A stretch of 64,000 nucleotides of DNA from Thermoanaerobaculia bacterium (GTDB lineage: Bacteria; Acidobacteriota; Thermoanaerobaculia; Multivoradales; Multivoraceae): the NCBI GenBank assembly GCA_963666565.1, contig OY762911.1:1984001-2048000 (forward strand), read 5' to 3'. Of this stretch, positions 18,828 through 31,206 are shown one piece after another. A program made the position numbers and the translations under genes. Positions within the stretch are counted from its first letter, which is position 1; every line of letters begins with the position of its first letter. Below the pieces are notes generated by a model that saw only the letters and a list, made by a program, of their open reading frames with translations, did not search any database and was not told the origin of the DNA.

Positions 18828-21215
18828 CTACGAGTTGAACAGGAAGGCGTTCGAGTTGAGCAGCGCCCACATCAGGTCCTGGGCGCCGGCGGTGCGGCTA
18901 TCCGCGGCCTCGAAGTGGCCTTCGGCGAGGGCGGCCTCGTCGTCGGTGGGGTAGCGGCCGAGGGCGGCGAGGTAGAGCTCGGCGATCAGTTCCTCGTTGT
19001 CGTGGCCCGACAGGACGAGGTTCGCCACCCGGCCCTCGGGGTCGGCGATCGCGTCGGCAATGACGGAACCGTTCAGCAGGCTCAGCGCTTGGGGCAGGCT
19101 CATTTCCGTCTTCCGCTCGCACTCGCAGGCGGTCTCGCGGTCGGGCTTGCCGAACAGGTCGAGGAAGCCCTCGATCCCCATGCTCGCGGTCATCACGTGC
19201 GGGTCGGGCAGGGCGGTGGCGTCGAAGTCGTCGGGCAGGGTGTCGATCTCGAACGGCGAACCCGTCGCGCGGGCGACGGCGTCGGCCAGTTGCTCGGCGC
19301 TCAGCCGGCGCGGTTCGTGGCGGGAGAAGTTGATCCGGTCGTCGCGGTTCCAGTCGTTCGCGAGGAAGGACGACTGGTAGGCCCGGGAGGTGGCGATCGT
19401 GCGCATCAGGTGGCGGAGGTCGAAGCCGTTCTCGATCAGGTCGGCGGTCAGCGCGTTCAGGAGCGCCGCGTTGACCGGCTGGTTCGAGGCGCGGATGTCG
19501 TCGACCGGGTCGATGATCCCGCGGCCCATGAAGTAGCTCCAGACGCGGTTCGCGATCGCCGGGGCGAAGTAGGGGTTGTTTGGCGAGGTCAGCCAGTCGG
19601 CCAGCGCGGCCCGGCGCCCGGAGCCGTTGCCCGGTTCCGGTGCGCCCTCGACCGGCACCAGATACCTGGGCGGCACGACGGCGTTCGTCTTCGGGTGCAA
19701 CTGCTCCGCATCGCGGCGCTTGTCGAAGACGATCTCCTCGCCGGTGCGGAAGCCGGGCCGGACGCCGAGGCCGGCGAAGAAGGCGGTCATCTCGTAGTAC
19801 TGGTTCTGGGTCCAGCGTTCGAACGGGTGGTCGTGGCACTGGGCGCAGACCATCCGCACGCCCATGAAGAGCTGCGTGGTGGTCTCCATCGCCTCCTTCG
19901 GATCGCGGGCGGCGCGGTAGTAGCTGGCGGCCGGCTCATCGAGCGTGCTGCCGGAGGCCGTGACCAGTTCGCGGACGAGCCGGTCGTACGGCCGGTTCTC
20001 CTCGATCGCCTGCCGAAGCCAGTCGCGGAAGGTGAGCATCCCCTTGTAGCTCATGAACTTCCGGTTGCTGCGCAGCAGGTCGCCCCACTTGAGCGTCCAG
20101 TGGTCGACGTAGGCGTCGCTGGCGATCAACTCGTCGACGAGGCGGCTCCGCTTTTGCTGCGTCGGCGCGTCGTCGGCGAGGAAGCTGCGCGCCCGCTCCG
20201 GGGTCGGAATCCGGCCCGTGAGGTCGAGCGAGGCGCGGCGCAGGAAGGCGGCGTCGTCCACCGGCGGCGAGGGCAGCACCTCGATCCGCCGGAGCTTCGC
20301 GTCGATCAGTTCGTCGATGTAGTTGACCTGGGGCAGGGCGGTCCACTCGAAGCCCTCGCGGCCGCTGAGCACGGTGGCGGGCGCCGCGGCGAACCGGCCC
20401 TCGTAGCGGACGAGCAGCGTGCTCTCGCCGCGCCGCAGTCCCTCGGCGACCGGGCCGGCCGGCGTGTCCTCGATCGCCATCGTCTCCGTGTTGCTGCTGG
20501 TGACGTGGGCCTCGCGGGTGGCGTCGCGGCTCTCGCCGTCGCCGTAGTGCGCGATGACGGTCGTCTGCTGGCGCATCCCCGGCCGGCGCATGAAGACCTC
20601 GGCCGGCCGGACCTCGAGGCGTTCGACCCGGTCGAGCTTCGGGTCGCCGTAGGGCACGCCCGCCTTGATCCAGTCGAGGATGAGGTTGTAGTAGCGGCCG
20701 CCGTGCTCCAGGCGCAGGCCGCCCTCGTGCGGGACCTGCATCGTCGGCTTGGCGAGCATCAGGGAGCGCTCGGGGTCGGCGCGGTTGAAGCGGCGGCCGG
20801 ACATGTCGTAGAGGAGCGACTGGTAGTCGAACTCCGGGTCGTAACCGCGCAGCGAGAGCTTGAAGCCGTTCTTGCCCTTGGCTGCGCCGTGGCAGGTGCC
20901 GTTGGAGCAGCCGATCTTGTTCATGGCGGGAAGGACGTCGCGGATGAAGGTGACGCGTTCGGCGGCGTCGGTCGCGGCGTTCGTGGGGGCACCGGGGACG
21001 ATGGCCGCGAGCGTGAGTGCGAGGATCACGACTGGGACCGCGCCCCAACGTCGGCGATCTGCTGGGTGCGCGGGTCCTCTGACCCGCTGCCGCCGAAGGC
21101 GGCTTTCAAAGTGGTCGCCGGCCTTTGGCCGGCGGCTGTTCCGTTCGGTCGCCGTCGCTTCGCGCCGCCGCCCCGAGCGGGTCGGAAGACCCGCGCACCC
21201 AGTGGGGAACTTCAT
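18828..21215 (-). CDS. DUF1549/DUF1553 domain protein with Ig-like domain
   Basis: CSNGTCHG, FLRRASLDLTGRIP, CAQCHDHPF, NRVWSYFMGRGIIDPVDD, CECER. ATG 21215 overlaps the upstream stop (ATGA). Confidence 0.9.
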   Translation of the reverse strand: MKFPTGCAGLPTRSGRRREATATERNSRRPKAGDHFESRLRRQRVRGPAHPADRRRWGAVPVVILALTLAAIVPGAPTNAATDAAERVTFIRDVLPAMNKIGCSNGTCHGAAKGKNGFKLSLRGYDPEFDYQSLLYDMSGRRFNRADPERSLMLAKPTMQVPHEGGLRLEHGGRYYNLILDWIKAGVPYGDPKLDRVERLEVRPAEVFMRRPGMRQQTTVIAHYGDGESRDATREAHVTSSNTETMAIEDTPAGPVAEGLRRGESTLLVRYEGRFAAAPATVLSGREGFEWTALPQVNYIDELIDAKLRRIEVLPSPPVDDAAFLRRASLDLTGRIPTPERARSFLADDAPTQQKRSRLVDELIASDAYVDHWTLKWGDLLRSNRKFMSYKGMLTFRDWLRQAIEENRPYDRLVRELVTASGSTLDEPAASYYRAARDPKEAMETTTQLFMGVRMVCAQCHDHPFERWTQNQYYEMTAFFAGLGVRPGFRTGEEIVFDKRRDAEQLHPKTNAVVPPRYLVPVEGAPEPGNGSGRRAALADWLTSPNNPYFAPAIANRVWSYFMGRGIIDPVDDIRASNQPVNAALLNALTADLIENGFDLRHLMRTIATSRAYQSSFLANDWNRDDRINFSRHEPRRLSAEQLADAVARATGSPFEIDTLPDDFDATALPDPHVMTASMGIEGFLDLFGKPDRETACECERKTEMSLPQALSLLNGSVIADAIADPEGRVANLVLSGHDNEELIAELYLAALGRYPTDDEAALAEGHFEAADSRTAGAQDLMWALLNSNAFLFNS
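21062..21202. repeat. Inverted REP-like doublet (REPIN/MITE-like) inside the 5' coding end of 18828-21215
   Basis: ctgggtgcgcgggtcctctgacccgc ... gcgggtcggaagacccgcgcacccag, with internal hairpins. Confidence 0.9.
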
Positions 21216-24205
21216 CTGCCTTTGACCTCCATTCGCGCTGGCACCGGAACCGTAGTGTAGGCGGCGCGGACTTCCCGTTCGCCGGCCAGCCAGGACGACG
21301 ACGCGATCAGGATGTCGTAGTCGCCCGGTTCCACGGCGTCCGTCGCTTCGCAGGCGAGACGGAACGTGCCGTCGTCGTCGGGCTCGATTTCGGTGCTGTC
21401 GCAGACGACGCCGGTGGGCAGGGCGTCGGCGCGAAGTTCCACCGGTTGCCGGAAGCTCTCTTCCCGATGCAGGACGCCCTCGACGGCGCCCTTCCGGCCG
21501 GACCGAACGCTCGCCTTGCCGACTTCGATGCGGTAGCCCGCGACGATCTCGAGCGTCACGCCGGGCGTGTAGAGCCGCTCGGGGCGGCCGCCCACGGTGA
21601 CCTCGCCGGTGAGCGTCACGGTGTAGCGGTCGAGTTGGGTGCCGTCGCTGCTGCGGATCAGCTTGCTGCCCTCGGGCTTGTTGTAGTCGGTCTTCTCGGT
21701 CGTCTCGACGCGGAACTCGCCCACGCCCACGCCGATCAGGGCAGTGACGACCGTGGGCGGCTTCACCGGGACGTCCTCGCCCGGCGGCGCCTCGAACTTC
21801 CACCCGAAGTCGAACGGCATGCCCTTGACCAGCCGGACGGTCTCCGGCGGCGTGCCGATCAGGCGCGGCCCGGCACGCCCGGTGAGCAGCACCGGCAGGC
21901 GGGTCTCCAGCCAGGGGGCGTTGAACGACCGCTCGGCCTCCGTCGTGTAGCTGCGGCCGTCGCCGGCGCGCACGCTGGTCACGCTTCCCGGCACGGTCGC
22001 CCGGCGGCGGATCACGGTGCCGTCCTCAAGCACGCCTTCGCCCCAGATCTCCAGGTCGAAGCGCTGGCGCTGAGCGTCGCGGTCGGCAGTGACCAGAATC
22101 CGGCCCGAGCGCGCCAGCGTGCGCGTGTCGAGGTCGCGCACCTCGCTGGTGATCCAGCCGGCCCGAGCCTCGATGCCGGGGGGCGGTCCCTCGACGTAGA
22201 GGCGGATCGGACCGAGATAGCCGCGGCGCACCGCGCCGACCTCGATCGGCTTCGAGGCGCCGTTGTTCAGAGTGAGTTGCGCCGTGCTCAGGCGCAACGC
22301 GAAGTCGGGGCCGTTCGGGCTGGCCGTCAGCCGGTAGCCGAAGCGCGGCCCGCCGCGCCCGACGAGATCCTCGACCGTCACGTGCAGTTCGCCCACCCCT
22401 TCCGGCGCCTCGACGAGGACCCAGGGGTCGAAGGACGTGGCCGTCGGCGACAGCAGCCGGAACGTGTCGGGGTCCGGGATGTCGTCGCCGGAAGAGGCCA
22501 GATACTCGCCGTCCGGGGTCGTGACGGTCAGCACGCCGAACAGGTCGGACGCGCCGAGCGCCGTTCCCTCGACCTCGATCAGCAGCCGCCGGCCCGGCTC
22601 GGCGGCGAGCCGGTAGCGGTCCACTTCGCCGGCCTGGTCGATCCGCCCGTTGACGACGACCGGCGCGGTCAGGGCCCTGGCCGGGTCGGCGTCGCGTTCG
22701 CGGACTTCCGGGAGATCGCCGACCACGATGGGGAAGGGCAGGGCGGAACTCCTGGCGGCCGCGCCGGCCGCCGGCCCGACGACGTCGAAACGGGTCGCCG
22801 TGGACGCCGTGTGATGCACTTTCCGTGTCGCCGTGGATGCGGTGTGGCTCACCGTCCGGCCAGCCGTCGCGGTGGCGCCCGCGCTCGTCCCGCGGTCGCC
22901 CGTCACCCCTGCGGTGCCAGTAGAGAACTCCGCCGCCTGCGCCGCCCCTTCTCTGGGTGCGCGGACCTTCTGGTCCGCATCAGGCGCGATGCCGCGAAGC
23001 GGCGAGCCCGAATCTCCGGCCGCGACGGTGCCGCCCGACAGCTCGAACCGCGTCTCCTCGCCGCGGCGCACGCCGAGCGGGAAGATCGCGTCGGCGTAGT
23101 CGTAGTCCGCGGCCGCGATCAGCTTGAGACGGTAGAAGTTCCGCCGCTGGTCGCTGAACCGGGCGTCGTGGGCCTCGACGACGTACTCGCCGGCCTTGGC
23201 CGGTTTCCAGTCGAGGCGGGCATCGACGTCGATGCCGCGCCCCTCCTGGTTGAAGGCGAGCTCCCGGCCGTCGCCGTCGAGCAGCCGGAGCGCCGGATCG
23301 ATCGCCGAGCCGACGCGCCGGGCCTCGACCTCCAGGACGATCCGCTCGCCCGCACGCGCCTGGAACCGGTATCGGTCGCGCTCGGCGCCGTCCAGCGTGC
23401 CATTGACCACGACCGGCAGCGCATCGATTCGCGGCGCGCCAAGGGCGCCGCCCGCGGCCCGCTCGAACGCTGCGCGGGCGTTAGCGCCCGTGGCTGGCTC
23501 GAACGCGGCGCGAGCGTTATCGCCGGCGGCTGGCTCGAACGCGGCGCGAGCGCTATCGCCCGCGGCTGGCCGGGACGTGCCGGCGCCGCCGGCACGCAGG
23601 TCGCGCTCGGCGACCTCGGGCACCGTGTCCACCCGGAACAGCAGCGCGTTCGACAGGCCGTCGCCGCTCGTGGCGCGCAGCGGGTAGAGGCCCGGCGCCG
23701 CGTCCGCGTCGATCTCCACCAGGAAGACGGCCGCCTGGAGGTTGCGGTCGTTCGGCCGCCGCTGCTTCTGCAGCCGGTCCTCGTCGGCGGCCTCGCCGAG
23801 CCGGGCGAAGGAGCCCGGCAGCGTGCTCTCGATCTCCAGATCGCCCGCGACGCCGTAGCCCTCGACGACGAGCCGCAAGGCCCGCCCCTGCTGGCCGCCG
23901 TGCGGATGCATGTCGACGAGATTCGGCGGCGGCGCCGCGGCAGCGGCCGTGGCGGCGGCCAGGATGCCGACGAGCGCGCTGGGTGCGCGGGTCTTCCGAC
24001 CCGCTGCCGCCGAAGGCGGCCAGGCAAACGTGCCGGCTGGAGGCCGCCGCCGCCGTGGCCGGCGCTCCGTTTGGCGCGATCGCCGGCCTGTGGCCGGCGG
24101 CCCTGTCGTTCGGGCTGCGTCGCTCCGCTGCTCCGCCCGCGGGCGGGTCGGAAGACCCGCGCACCCAGCGGACGGCCGGATCCATGCGAGCCCATTGCCG
24201 TTCAC
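21212..24205 (-). CDS. Secreted protein with pre-peptidase C-terminal (PPC)-like domains
   Basis: PHGGQQG, LPVVVNGTL...DRYRFQARAGERIVLEVEARRVGSAIDP, a second VVNGRID..GEVDRY. GTG start overlaps the upstream stop. Confidence 0.8.
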   Translation of the reverse strand: MNGNGLAWIRPSAGCAGLPTRPRAEQRSDAARTTGPPATGRRSRQTERRPRRRRPPAGTFAWPPSAAAGRKTRAPSALVGILAAATAAAAAPPPNLVDMHPHGGQQGRALRLVVEGYGVAGDLEIESTLPGSFARLGEAADEDRLQKQRRPNDRNLQAAVFLVEIDADAAPGLYPLRATSGDGLSNALLFRVDTVPEVAERDLRAGGAGTSRPAAGDSARAAFEPAAGDNARAAFEPATGANARAAFERAAGGALGAPRIDALPVVVNGTLDGAERDRYRFQARAGERIVLEVEARRVGSAIDPALRLLDGDGRELAFNQEGRGIDVDARLDWKPAKAGEYVVEAHDARFSDQRRNFYRLKLIAAADYDYADAIFPLGVRRGEETRFELSGGTVAAGDSGSPLRGIAPDADQKVRAPREGAAQAAEFSTGTAGVTGDRGTSAGATATAGRTVSHTASTATRKVHHTASTATRFDVVGPAAGAAARSSALPFPIVVGDLPEVRERDADPARALTAPVVVNGRIDQAGEVDRYRLAAEPGRRLLIEVEGTALGASDLFGVLTVTTPDGEYLASSGDDIPDPDTFRLLSPTATSFDPWVLVEAPEGVGELHVTVEDLVGRGGPRFGYRLTASPNGPDFALRLSTAQLTLNNGASKPIEVGAVRRGYLGPIRLYVEGPPPGIEARAGWITSEVRDLDTRTLARSGRILVTADRDAQRQRFDLEIWGEGVLEDGTVIRRRATVPGSVTSVRAGDGRSYTTEAERSFNAPWLETRLPVLLTGRAGPRLIGTPPETVRLVKGMPFDFGWKFEAPPGEDVPVKPPTVVTALIGVGVGEFRVETTEKTDYNKPEGSKLIRSSDGTQLDRYTVTLTGEVTVGGRPERLYTPGVTLEIVAGYRIEVGKASVRSGRKGAVEGVLHREESFRQPVELRADALPTGVVCDSTEIEPDDDGTFRLACEATDAVEPGDYDILIASSSWLAGEREVRAAYTTVPVPARMEVKGR
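22953..23008. repeat. Intragenic REP-like element with compensatory stem changes
   Basis: ctgggtgcgcggaccttctggtccgcatcaggcgcgatgccgcgaagcggcgagcc is the reverse-complement homologue of 25616-25671. Confidence 0.85.
23450..23570. repeat. 36-bp coding tandem repeat (about 3 copies; AAGDNARAAFEP-like)
   Basis: gctcgaacgc units at 23461, 23497 and 23533. Confidence 0.85.
23979..24168. repeat. Inverted REP-like doublet inside the 5' coding end of 21212-24205
   Basis: Perfect 26-bp terminal inverted repeats; interior homologous to 21062-21202. Confidence 0.9.
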
Positions 24206-25704
24206 GGCGCGCCTCCGGCGGTCGTCGCTCCCTCGGCTGATCCCTCAAGTGGCACCGGCACGAACTCGTGCAGCAGTTCGCCGTCGGCGGCGCGGTAGAG
24301 CCTCAAACGACCGTCGAAGCCGGCGGTCGCCAGTTCGGCGCCGGTCGGGTCGAAGGCCATCGTGTAGATGCCGGCGTTGTGGCCGGAGGCGGTCGCGGTC
24401 CGCTCGCCGGTTTCCAGGTCGTAGATCGGCACCGCCTGCGCGGCGCCGCCGACCGCGAGCCGCTCGCCGCGCGGGTCCACCGCGAGCGCGAAGATCTCCC
24501 CGTCCTGGCGTTCGAACTCCCGGACCAGGGTCGAGTCGTCGGCGATCAGCATCTTCCGGGCGCGGTCCATCCGGTAGTAGTACGGCACGCGGTCCTCGCC
24601 GCCGATGACGACCGCCTCGATCCGCGGGTTCCGAACGACCGCCGCCAGTTCGCCGCGCAGCAGGTTGATGTTCTCGATGAAGGCGCCGCTCGACGCGTCG
24701 ATCAGCTTGGCCGCCCGGTCCCGGCCGACGGACACGATCCGCCGTCCGTCGCCGCCGAAGACGACCCCGAGCACCCAGTTCTCGTGGTGGTTCATCCGCA
24801 GCAACTCGCGGCCGCTGGTCGCCTGGTGGATGCGCACCGTGTGGTCGGCGCAGCCGATCGCGAGCCGGCGCTCGTCCGGCGACACGGCGAGCCCGAACAG
24901 CGTGTCGTGGCAGAGCATGTTCGAGACGCGGAGCTTCCGGTCCTCGACATCCCAGATCTGGATCTCGCCGAACCGGGCGGGCGTCCCGCCGGTGGCGATC
25001 AGCCGCCCGCTCCTGAGGAAAGCCAGTCCCTGGATCCGTTCCGAGACGCTGCCGAAGCGGGCCTCCAGGCTGTCGCCGCCGCCGATCTTCGAGCGGCGAT
25101 GGAGCAGCACCTCCCGGTTTCCCGACGCGGCCAGCCACTCGCCGTCGGCCGAGTAGGCCACCGCCGTGATCACCGGCGGCTGGCGGTAGACGATCGGCCC
25201 CGTCGCCGCGCCGAGCCGCGTTTCCTCGGGCGTGTCGTCCGCTGCTCCGGCCGCGATCCAGTCGCCGATGGCCGCGATCTCGGCCTCGGCGAGCGGTTCC
25301 GCCCGCATCGGCATCGCGGGCTCGATCTCTCCCCGGAGCATCCGGAGCATCCTGCTCTCGTCCGGCTTGCCGGCCACGAAGGCGGGGCCGCTCATGCCGC
25401 CGGCGGCGAGTCCTTCGAAGCTGGTCAGGTTGAGCTCGCCGCCGAGCTGCGCCGGCTGGTGGCAGCCCTGGCACCGTTGCTGGATGACGGGCCAGACGTC
25501 TCGGTAGTAGCTGGGAGCTTCGTCGTCGGTCTGAGCGGCGGCTGGAATCGCCGCGGCCAACAGTGCGGCCGCCAAGCCGAGACGGACGCGTGCCGCTCGA
25601 GCGGTCGTCGGCACCGGCTCGCCGCTTCTCGGCATCGCGCTCGATGCGGGTCGGAAGACCCGCGCACCCAGTATGCGGCCCCGACTCAGGCGGGTACCCA
25701 CCAC
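24202..25704 (-). CDS. Planctomycete-type cytochrome c domain plus WD40 repeat protein (start uncertain: 25704 or 25635)
   Basis: Signal peptide, CQGCH heme motif, GKPDES, MP, WIAAGA, then WD40 repeats. Confidence 0.85.
   Translation of the reverse strand: MVGTRLSRGRILGARVFRPASSAMPRSGEPVPTTARAARVRLGLAAALLAAAIPAAAQTDDEAPSYYRDVWPVIQQRCQGCHQPAQLGGELNLTSFEGLAAGGMSGPAFVAGKPDESRMLRMLRGEIEPAMPMRAEPLAEAEIAAIGDWIAAGAADDTPEETRLGAATGPIVYRQPPVITAVAYSADGEWLAASGNREVLLHRRSKIGGGDSLEARFGSVSERIQGLAFLRSGRLIATGGTPARFGEIQIWDVEDRKLRVSNMLCHDTLFGLAVSPDERRLAIGCADHTVRIHQATSGRELLRMNHHENWVLGVVFGGDGRRIVSVGRDRAAKLIDASSGAFIENINLLRGELAAVVRNPRIEAVVIGGEDRVPYYYRMDRARKMLIADDSTLVREFERQDGEIFALAVDPRGERLAVGGAAQAVPIYDLETGERTATASGHNAGIYTMAFDPTGAELATAGFDGRLRLYRAADGELLHEFVPVPLEGSAEGATTAGGAP
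25616..25671. repeat. Single REP-like element with upstream accessory hairpin
   Basis: Near-identical to 18564-18619. Confidence 0.9.
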
Positions 25705-25708
25705 CGCC

Positions 25709-27162
<1,454 letters not shown>

Positions 27163-27166
<4 letters not shown>

Positions 27167-30100
27167 CGCAGGTACATGAACTCCTTCAGGTTGAACATGG
27201 CGTGCGCCAGTTGGCGCCAGGCGTCGCCGCCCGCGGCGCTTTGTTCCAGCCGGTCCGCCTCGGCTTCGAGTCGCGCGATGCGTGACCACGTGCTCCGGTA
27301 GATGCGTGCCTGCTCCGATTCCGGCGGCGCCTCGACGTTGCCGAGTGCCGAGGCCGCGACGTCGTCGGGGCCCAGGGCGCGGTCGTAGAGGCGGGCCTGG
27401 AGGACGCGCACGGGCACACTCGCGACGCTCTCGAACACGAGTCGCCCCTCCGCGAGCTTCAAGGGAAGCTCCCGCCGGACGCTCTCCGGGTCGGCCTCGG
27501 CGCCGTCGCGCCAGGCGATCCAGGTGCCCTTGAGGTCCCGCGCCAGCACCAGGTGGGCCGGCGCGCCCTCCGCTTCGCCGGCGACCCAAGCCTCAAGCGT
27601 GTACTCGTCGAACGTCCGCCGGATCGGCTTCGTGGCCACGGCGTCCGACGGTCCGAGCCGCAGCGCGCCGTCGTCCACGCGGACTTGCCGGCCCAGCTTG
27701 AGCGGGCGCTGGCCGACGGCGTCGTAGACGCGGCCGTCCTTGGGCGGGTCGTCGAATTCCCAGGCCGCGATCGCCCGGGGCGCCGACGCCCGGTGGTAGA
27801 ACCGCAGGACGCCGCGCGTCTTGTCCTCGGTGAAGGCGCGCAGTTCTGCGCTCTCCTCGAGGCGGTCGGCGGCGGCCGCGCTCCAGACCTCCGCGTCTTC
27901 CGCCGGGGGCTCGCGGTCGCTGGCGCTCTGGAGGAACCGCTCGGACGCGTCGAGCTCCGCCTCGCTGGGCGGCCGGCCGAGGGCCAGACGGAACATCGCG
28001 ACGATCCGCTCGCGGTCGTTGCCCAGACCGGGATCCCGCGCGATCCGGTCGCCGAAGCGGGCGGCCAGGTCCATGACCTGGGTGTCGTTCATCATCAACA
28101 GCGACTGGGCGGGCACGTTCGTCCGGTCGCGCTGGCCCTTCGTCGTCACCGGGGTGGGCAGGTCGAGCGTGTGGAGCAGCGGGTCTGGCTGGTTGCGGAT
28201 GACGCTCACGTAGACGCTGCGCCGATTCGACCAGCCGGGTTCCGGCGGGGTTTCGCTGGCGGTGACCGGTTCGAGTTGACCGGCGGCAATCAGCATCGAG
28301 TCGCGCACCGCCTCGGCCTCCAGGCGCCGCAGATGGGCATGGGAGAGGAGGTCGTTTCGCGGATCCCGTTCCCGCGCGGCCGGCGGCGTCGTCGACTCGA
28401 GCTGGAAGGCCCGAGTCGAGGCCAGGCGCCGCACGAACCTCTTGAGCGACCAGCCGTCGTCCCGCAGCGTCGTCGCCAGGTGGTCGAGCAGGGCGGGGTT
28501 CGACGGGAGTTCGCCCAGCTTCCCGAAGTTGTCCGGGGTGGCGACGATGCCGCGGCCGAACGCGTGCCCCCAGAGGCGGTTCGCGATGACGCGGGCCGTC
28601 AGCGGGTTGCCGGGGTCGAGGACGCTCTCGGCCAGGGCCAGCCGCGGGTGGACCGAGTCGGCGTAAGGCTCGGGATCGATCGCCTCGAGGAACCGCTGCG
28701 GCACGGGTTCGGCGAGCCGCCGGTGGTTGCCCCGCTCCATCAGCGGCTGGTCGAAGCGCGGGCCGGCGAGCACCGCGGGCGAGCGGGTCGGCACGGGAAT
28801 CGCGTCCTCCAGCCGACGGATCGACTCGACGATCGGACCGGCTTCCGGCACCTCGTCCGTGTCGTTCGGCAGCAGGCCGCGGCGGACGAAGCTCGCCAGG
28901 AAGCGGGCCTGGGCGTCCGTCATCGAACCGTCGCGCCAGGCCTCGGCGGCGCCCCGAACCGCTTCGCCGTAGCGGGCCGCCAGTTCGGCGCGGTCTCCGG
29001 GCTCGCCTTCCCGCTCGAACAGGGGCGCCGTGAACTCGGCCGGTTCGTTCCGCGGCGGTTCGCGGTCTCCGTCGAGCACGATCGCCTCGGCGATGCCGAA
29101 CCAGGAGCGGTCCGACCGCGCGCCGGAACTCTCCCCGGTCATCGGGTGGTCGGCGGCCGTCACCAGCTCGATGTAGGCGTGGTCGCCGTCCCAGTAGTCG
29201 AGGTCCCAGTGCTGCCAGCGCCATTCGCCGTCCGAGAGCGTCTCGATGGGATAGACCTCGCCGCGCTGCGGGTAGTTCTGGACCACGTAGCGCGCGACGG
29301 CGCCGCCGCTGCCGGCGATGCGGACCGCCAGTTTCTGCCCGGCTTCGATGAAGAAGCGCGGCGACGAGAAGGTCCCGTTGTGACGGTTCGTCAGCGCATG
29401 GGTGTAGACGCCGGCGGGCAGGATGTCGGCGACGATCCTCCTGCCGCCGCGGGCGACCTCGTAGCTGCCGGCGGGTTGCGGCGCCGCATCGGCCAGGCCG
29501 TTGCCGTGCCGGAACCACTCGGCGGCGTCCTCGGCTCGGGCCAGGTCCCAGCGGCGGGCCGCGGGCGCGTGCCGCCGGTCCTCGAGCGCCTGCCGGCTCT
29601 TCTCGTAGCCTTCCCGGAGCCCCCGCCACCGCTTCGCGAAGGCGCCGTCGCCGCGGACATGGCGGGTGAGCGCCCAGGCGTAAAGCGGGTCGTAAGGCGA
29701 CTGACCTCCCGCGAGCGCCGCGTTCCAGGGGCCGTCGCCGTCGGGCCGCGCCGGCGAACGAGCGGCGCCGGTGCGGGGCCCCGGCCGAAGGCGTTGCAGC
29801 CTGTCCGGGATCCCGGCGGCGGCTTCGATCCAGGCGTCGGCCAGCACCTGCCTCAACTCGTTCTTGAGCTCGGCCAGTTCGTCCCGGTGGGCGTTGCGGC
29901 GGCTCTCGTCGTCGATCGTGCGGACCCCCGGCCGGCCGTTCACCATCGTGCCGTAGAAGGCGTAGAAGTCGGTCTGGCTGATCGCGTCGAACTTGTGGTC
30001 GTGGCAGCGGGCGCAGGCGACGGTCATTCCCAGGAACGCCTTGGAGACGACGTCGATCTGGTTCTCGGTGAAGCGGACCTGCTCGTCGAGCGCGTCGGTG

Positions 30101-31122
30101 GGGCCGAAGCCGTGCAGCACGAAGCGGTACTGCGCGATGCCGATGGCCGATTCGTCGATCCCGAGTTCCGGGTTCATCCGCGGCTCGTCCAGCAGGTCGC
30201 CGGCCAGGTGCTCCAGGATCAACCGGTCGACCGGAACGTCGGCGTTGATTGCCCGGATCAGGTAGTCGCGGTAGCGCCAGGCGTAGGGAACCGGCGGGTC
30301 GCCCTCGCTGCCGTGGGTCTCGGCGTAGCGGACCCAGTCCATCCAGTGGCGCGCCCAGCGTTCGCCGAAGGCGGGCTCGGCGAGCAGCCGGTCGATCTCC
30401 TCCGCGACCGCGGCGTCGCGGTCGCTTGCGGCGCGGCGCTCGAAGTCGTCGACCTGGGCCGGCGTCGGCGGCAGGCCGGTCAGCACGTAGGAGAGCCGGC
30501 GCATCAGCACGCGCGGCTCGGCCAGCGGCGCCGGATCGAGCCCGGCGTCGGCCATGCCGCGGGCGAGGAAGCGGTCGATCGCATTGCGCGACCAGGCCGC
30601 GTCGGCGACCTCTGGCGGCGCCGGATCGGCGATCGGCTGCAGGCTCCACCAGCTCTTCCGCTGCTCCAGCGTCGCCTCCCAGGACGTTGCCTGCCTGAGC
30701 GCGTCGGCGCCGGGCGGCTCGTCCCGCGGGTCGGGCGCCCCGATCTCGATCCACCGTTCGAAGTCGGCGACGACCTCGTCGGGCAGCTTCGCGCCGCCCA
30801 GCGGCATGCGGAAGTCGAGGCTCGGGTGGCGCATCGCCCGCAGGAGCAGGCTGGAGCGCGGCTTGCCCGGTTCGATCGCCGGGCCGCGCATGCCGCCCTC
30901 GAGCAGGCCGTCGCGATGGTCGAGGCGCAGTCCGCTCTCCGCGGTCTCGGCGCTGTTGTGGCAGCCGTAGCAGTGCTCGATCAGAACCGGCCGGATCCTG
31001 CTCTCGAAGAACTCCAGGTCCTCCGGCGCGAACTCGGCCCCGGCCGCTGGCGCGCCGCCGAGCGATGCAGCAGCCAGGATCGCCGCGGTGACGGCGGGCG
31101 AAGTCCTCGCGTTCCGGTCCAT
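27163..31122 (-). CDS. Planctomycete cytochrome c / DUF1549 / DUF1553 protein
   Basis: [67 protein letters not shown] 31122 precedes a signal peptide. Confidence 0.92.
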
Positions 31123-31206
31123 TGGAGCGGCGGTCAGTCTACAACGGCGCCGGCCGCGCCGGTCGTGTAGCATGAGTGCCACCTTGACGACTGACTCGAC
31201 ACGCAG

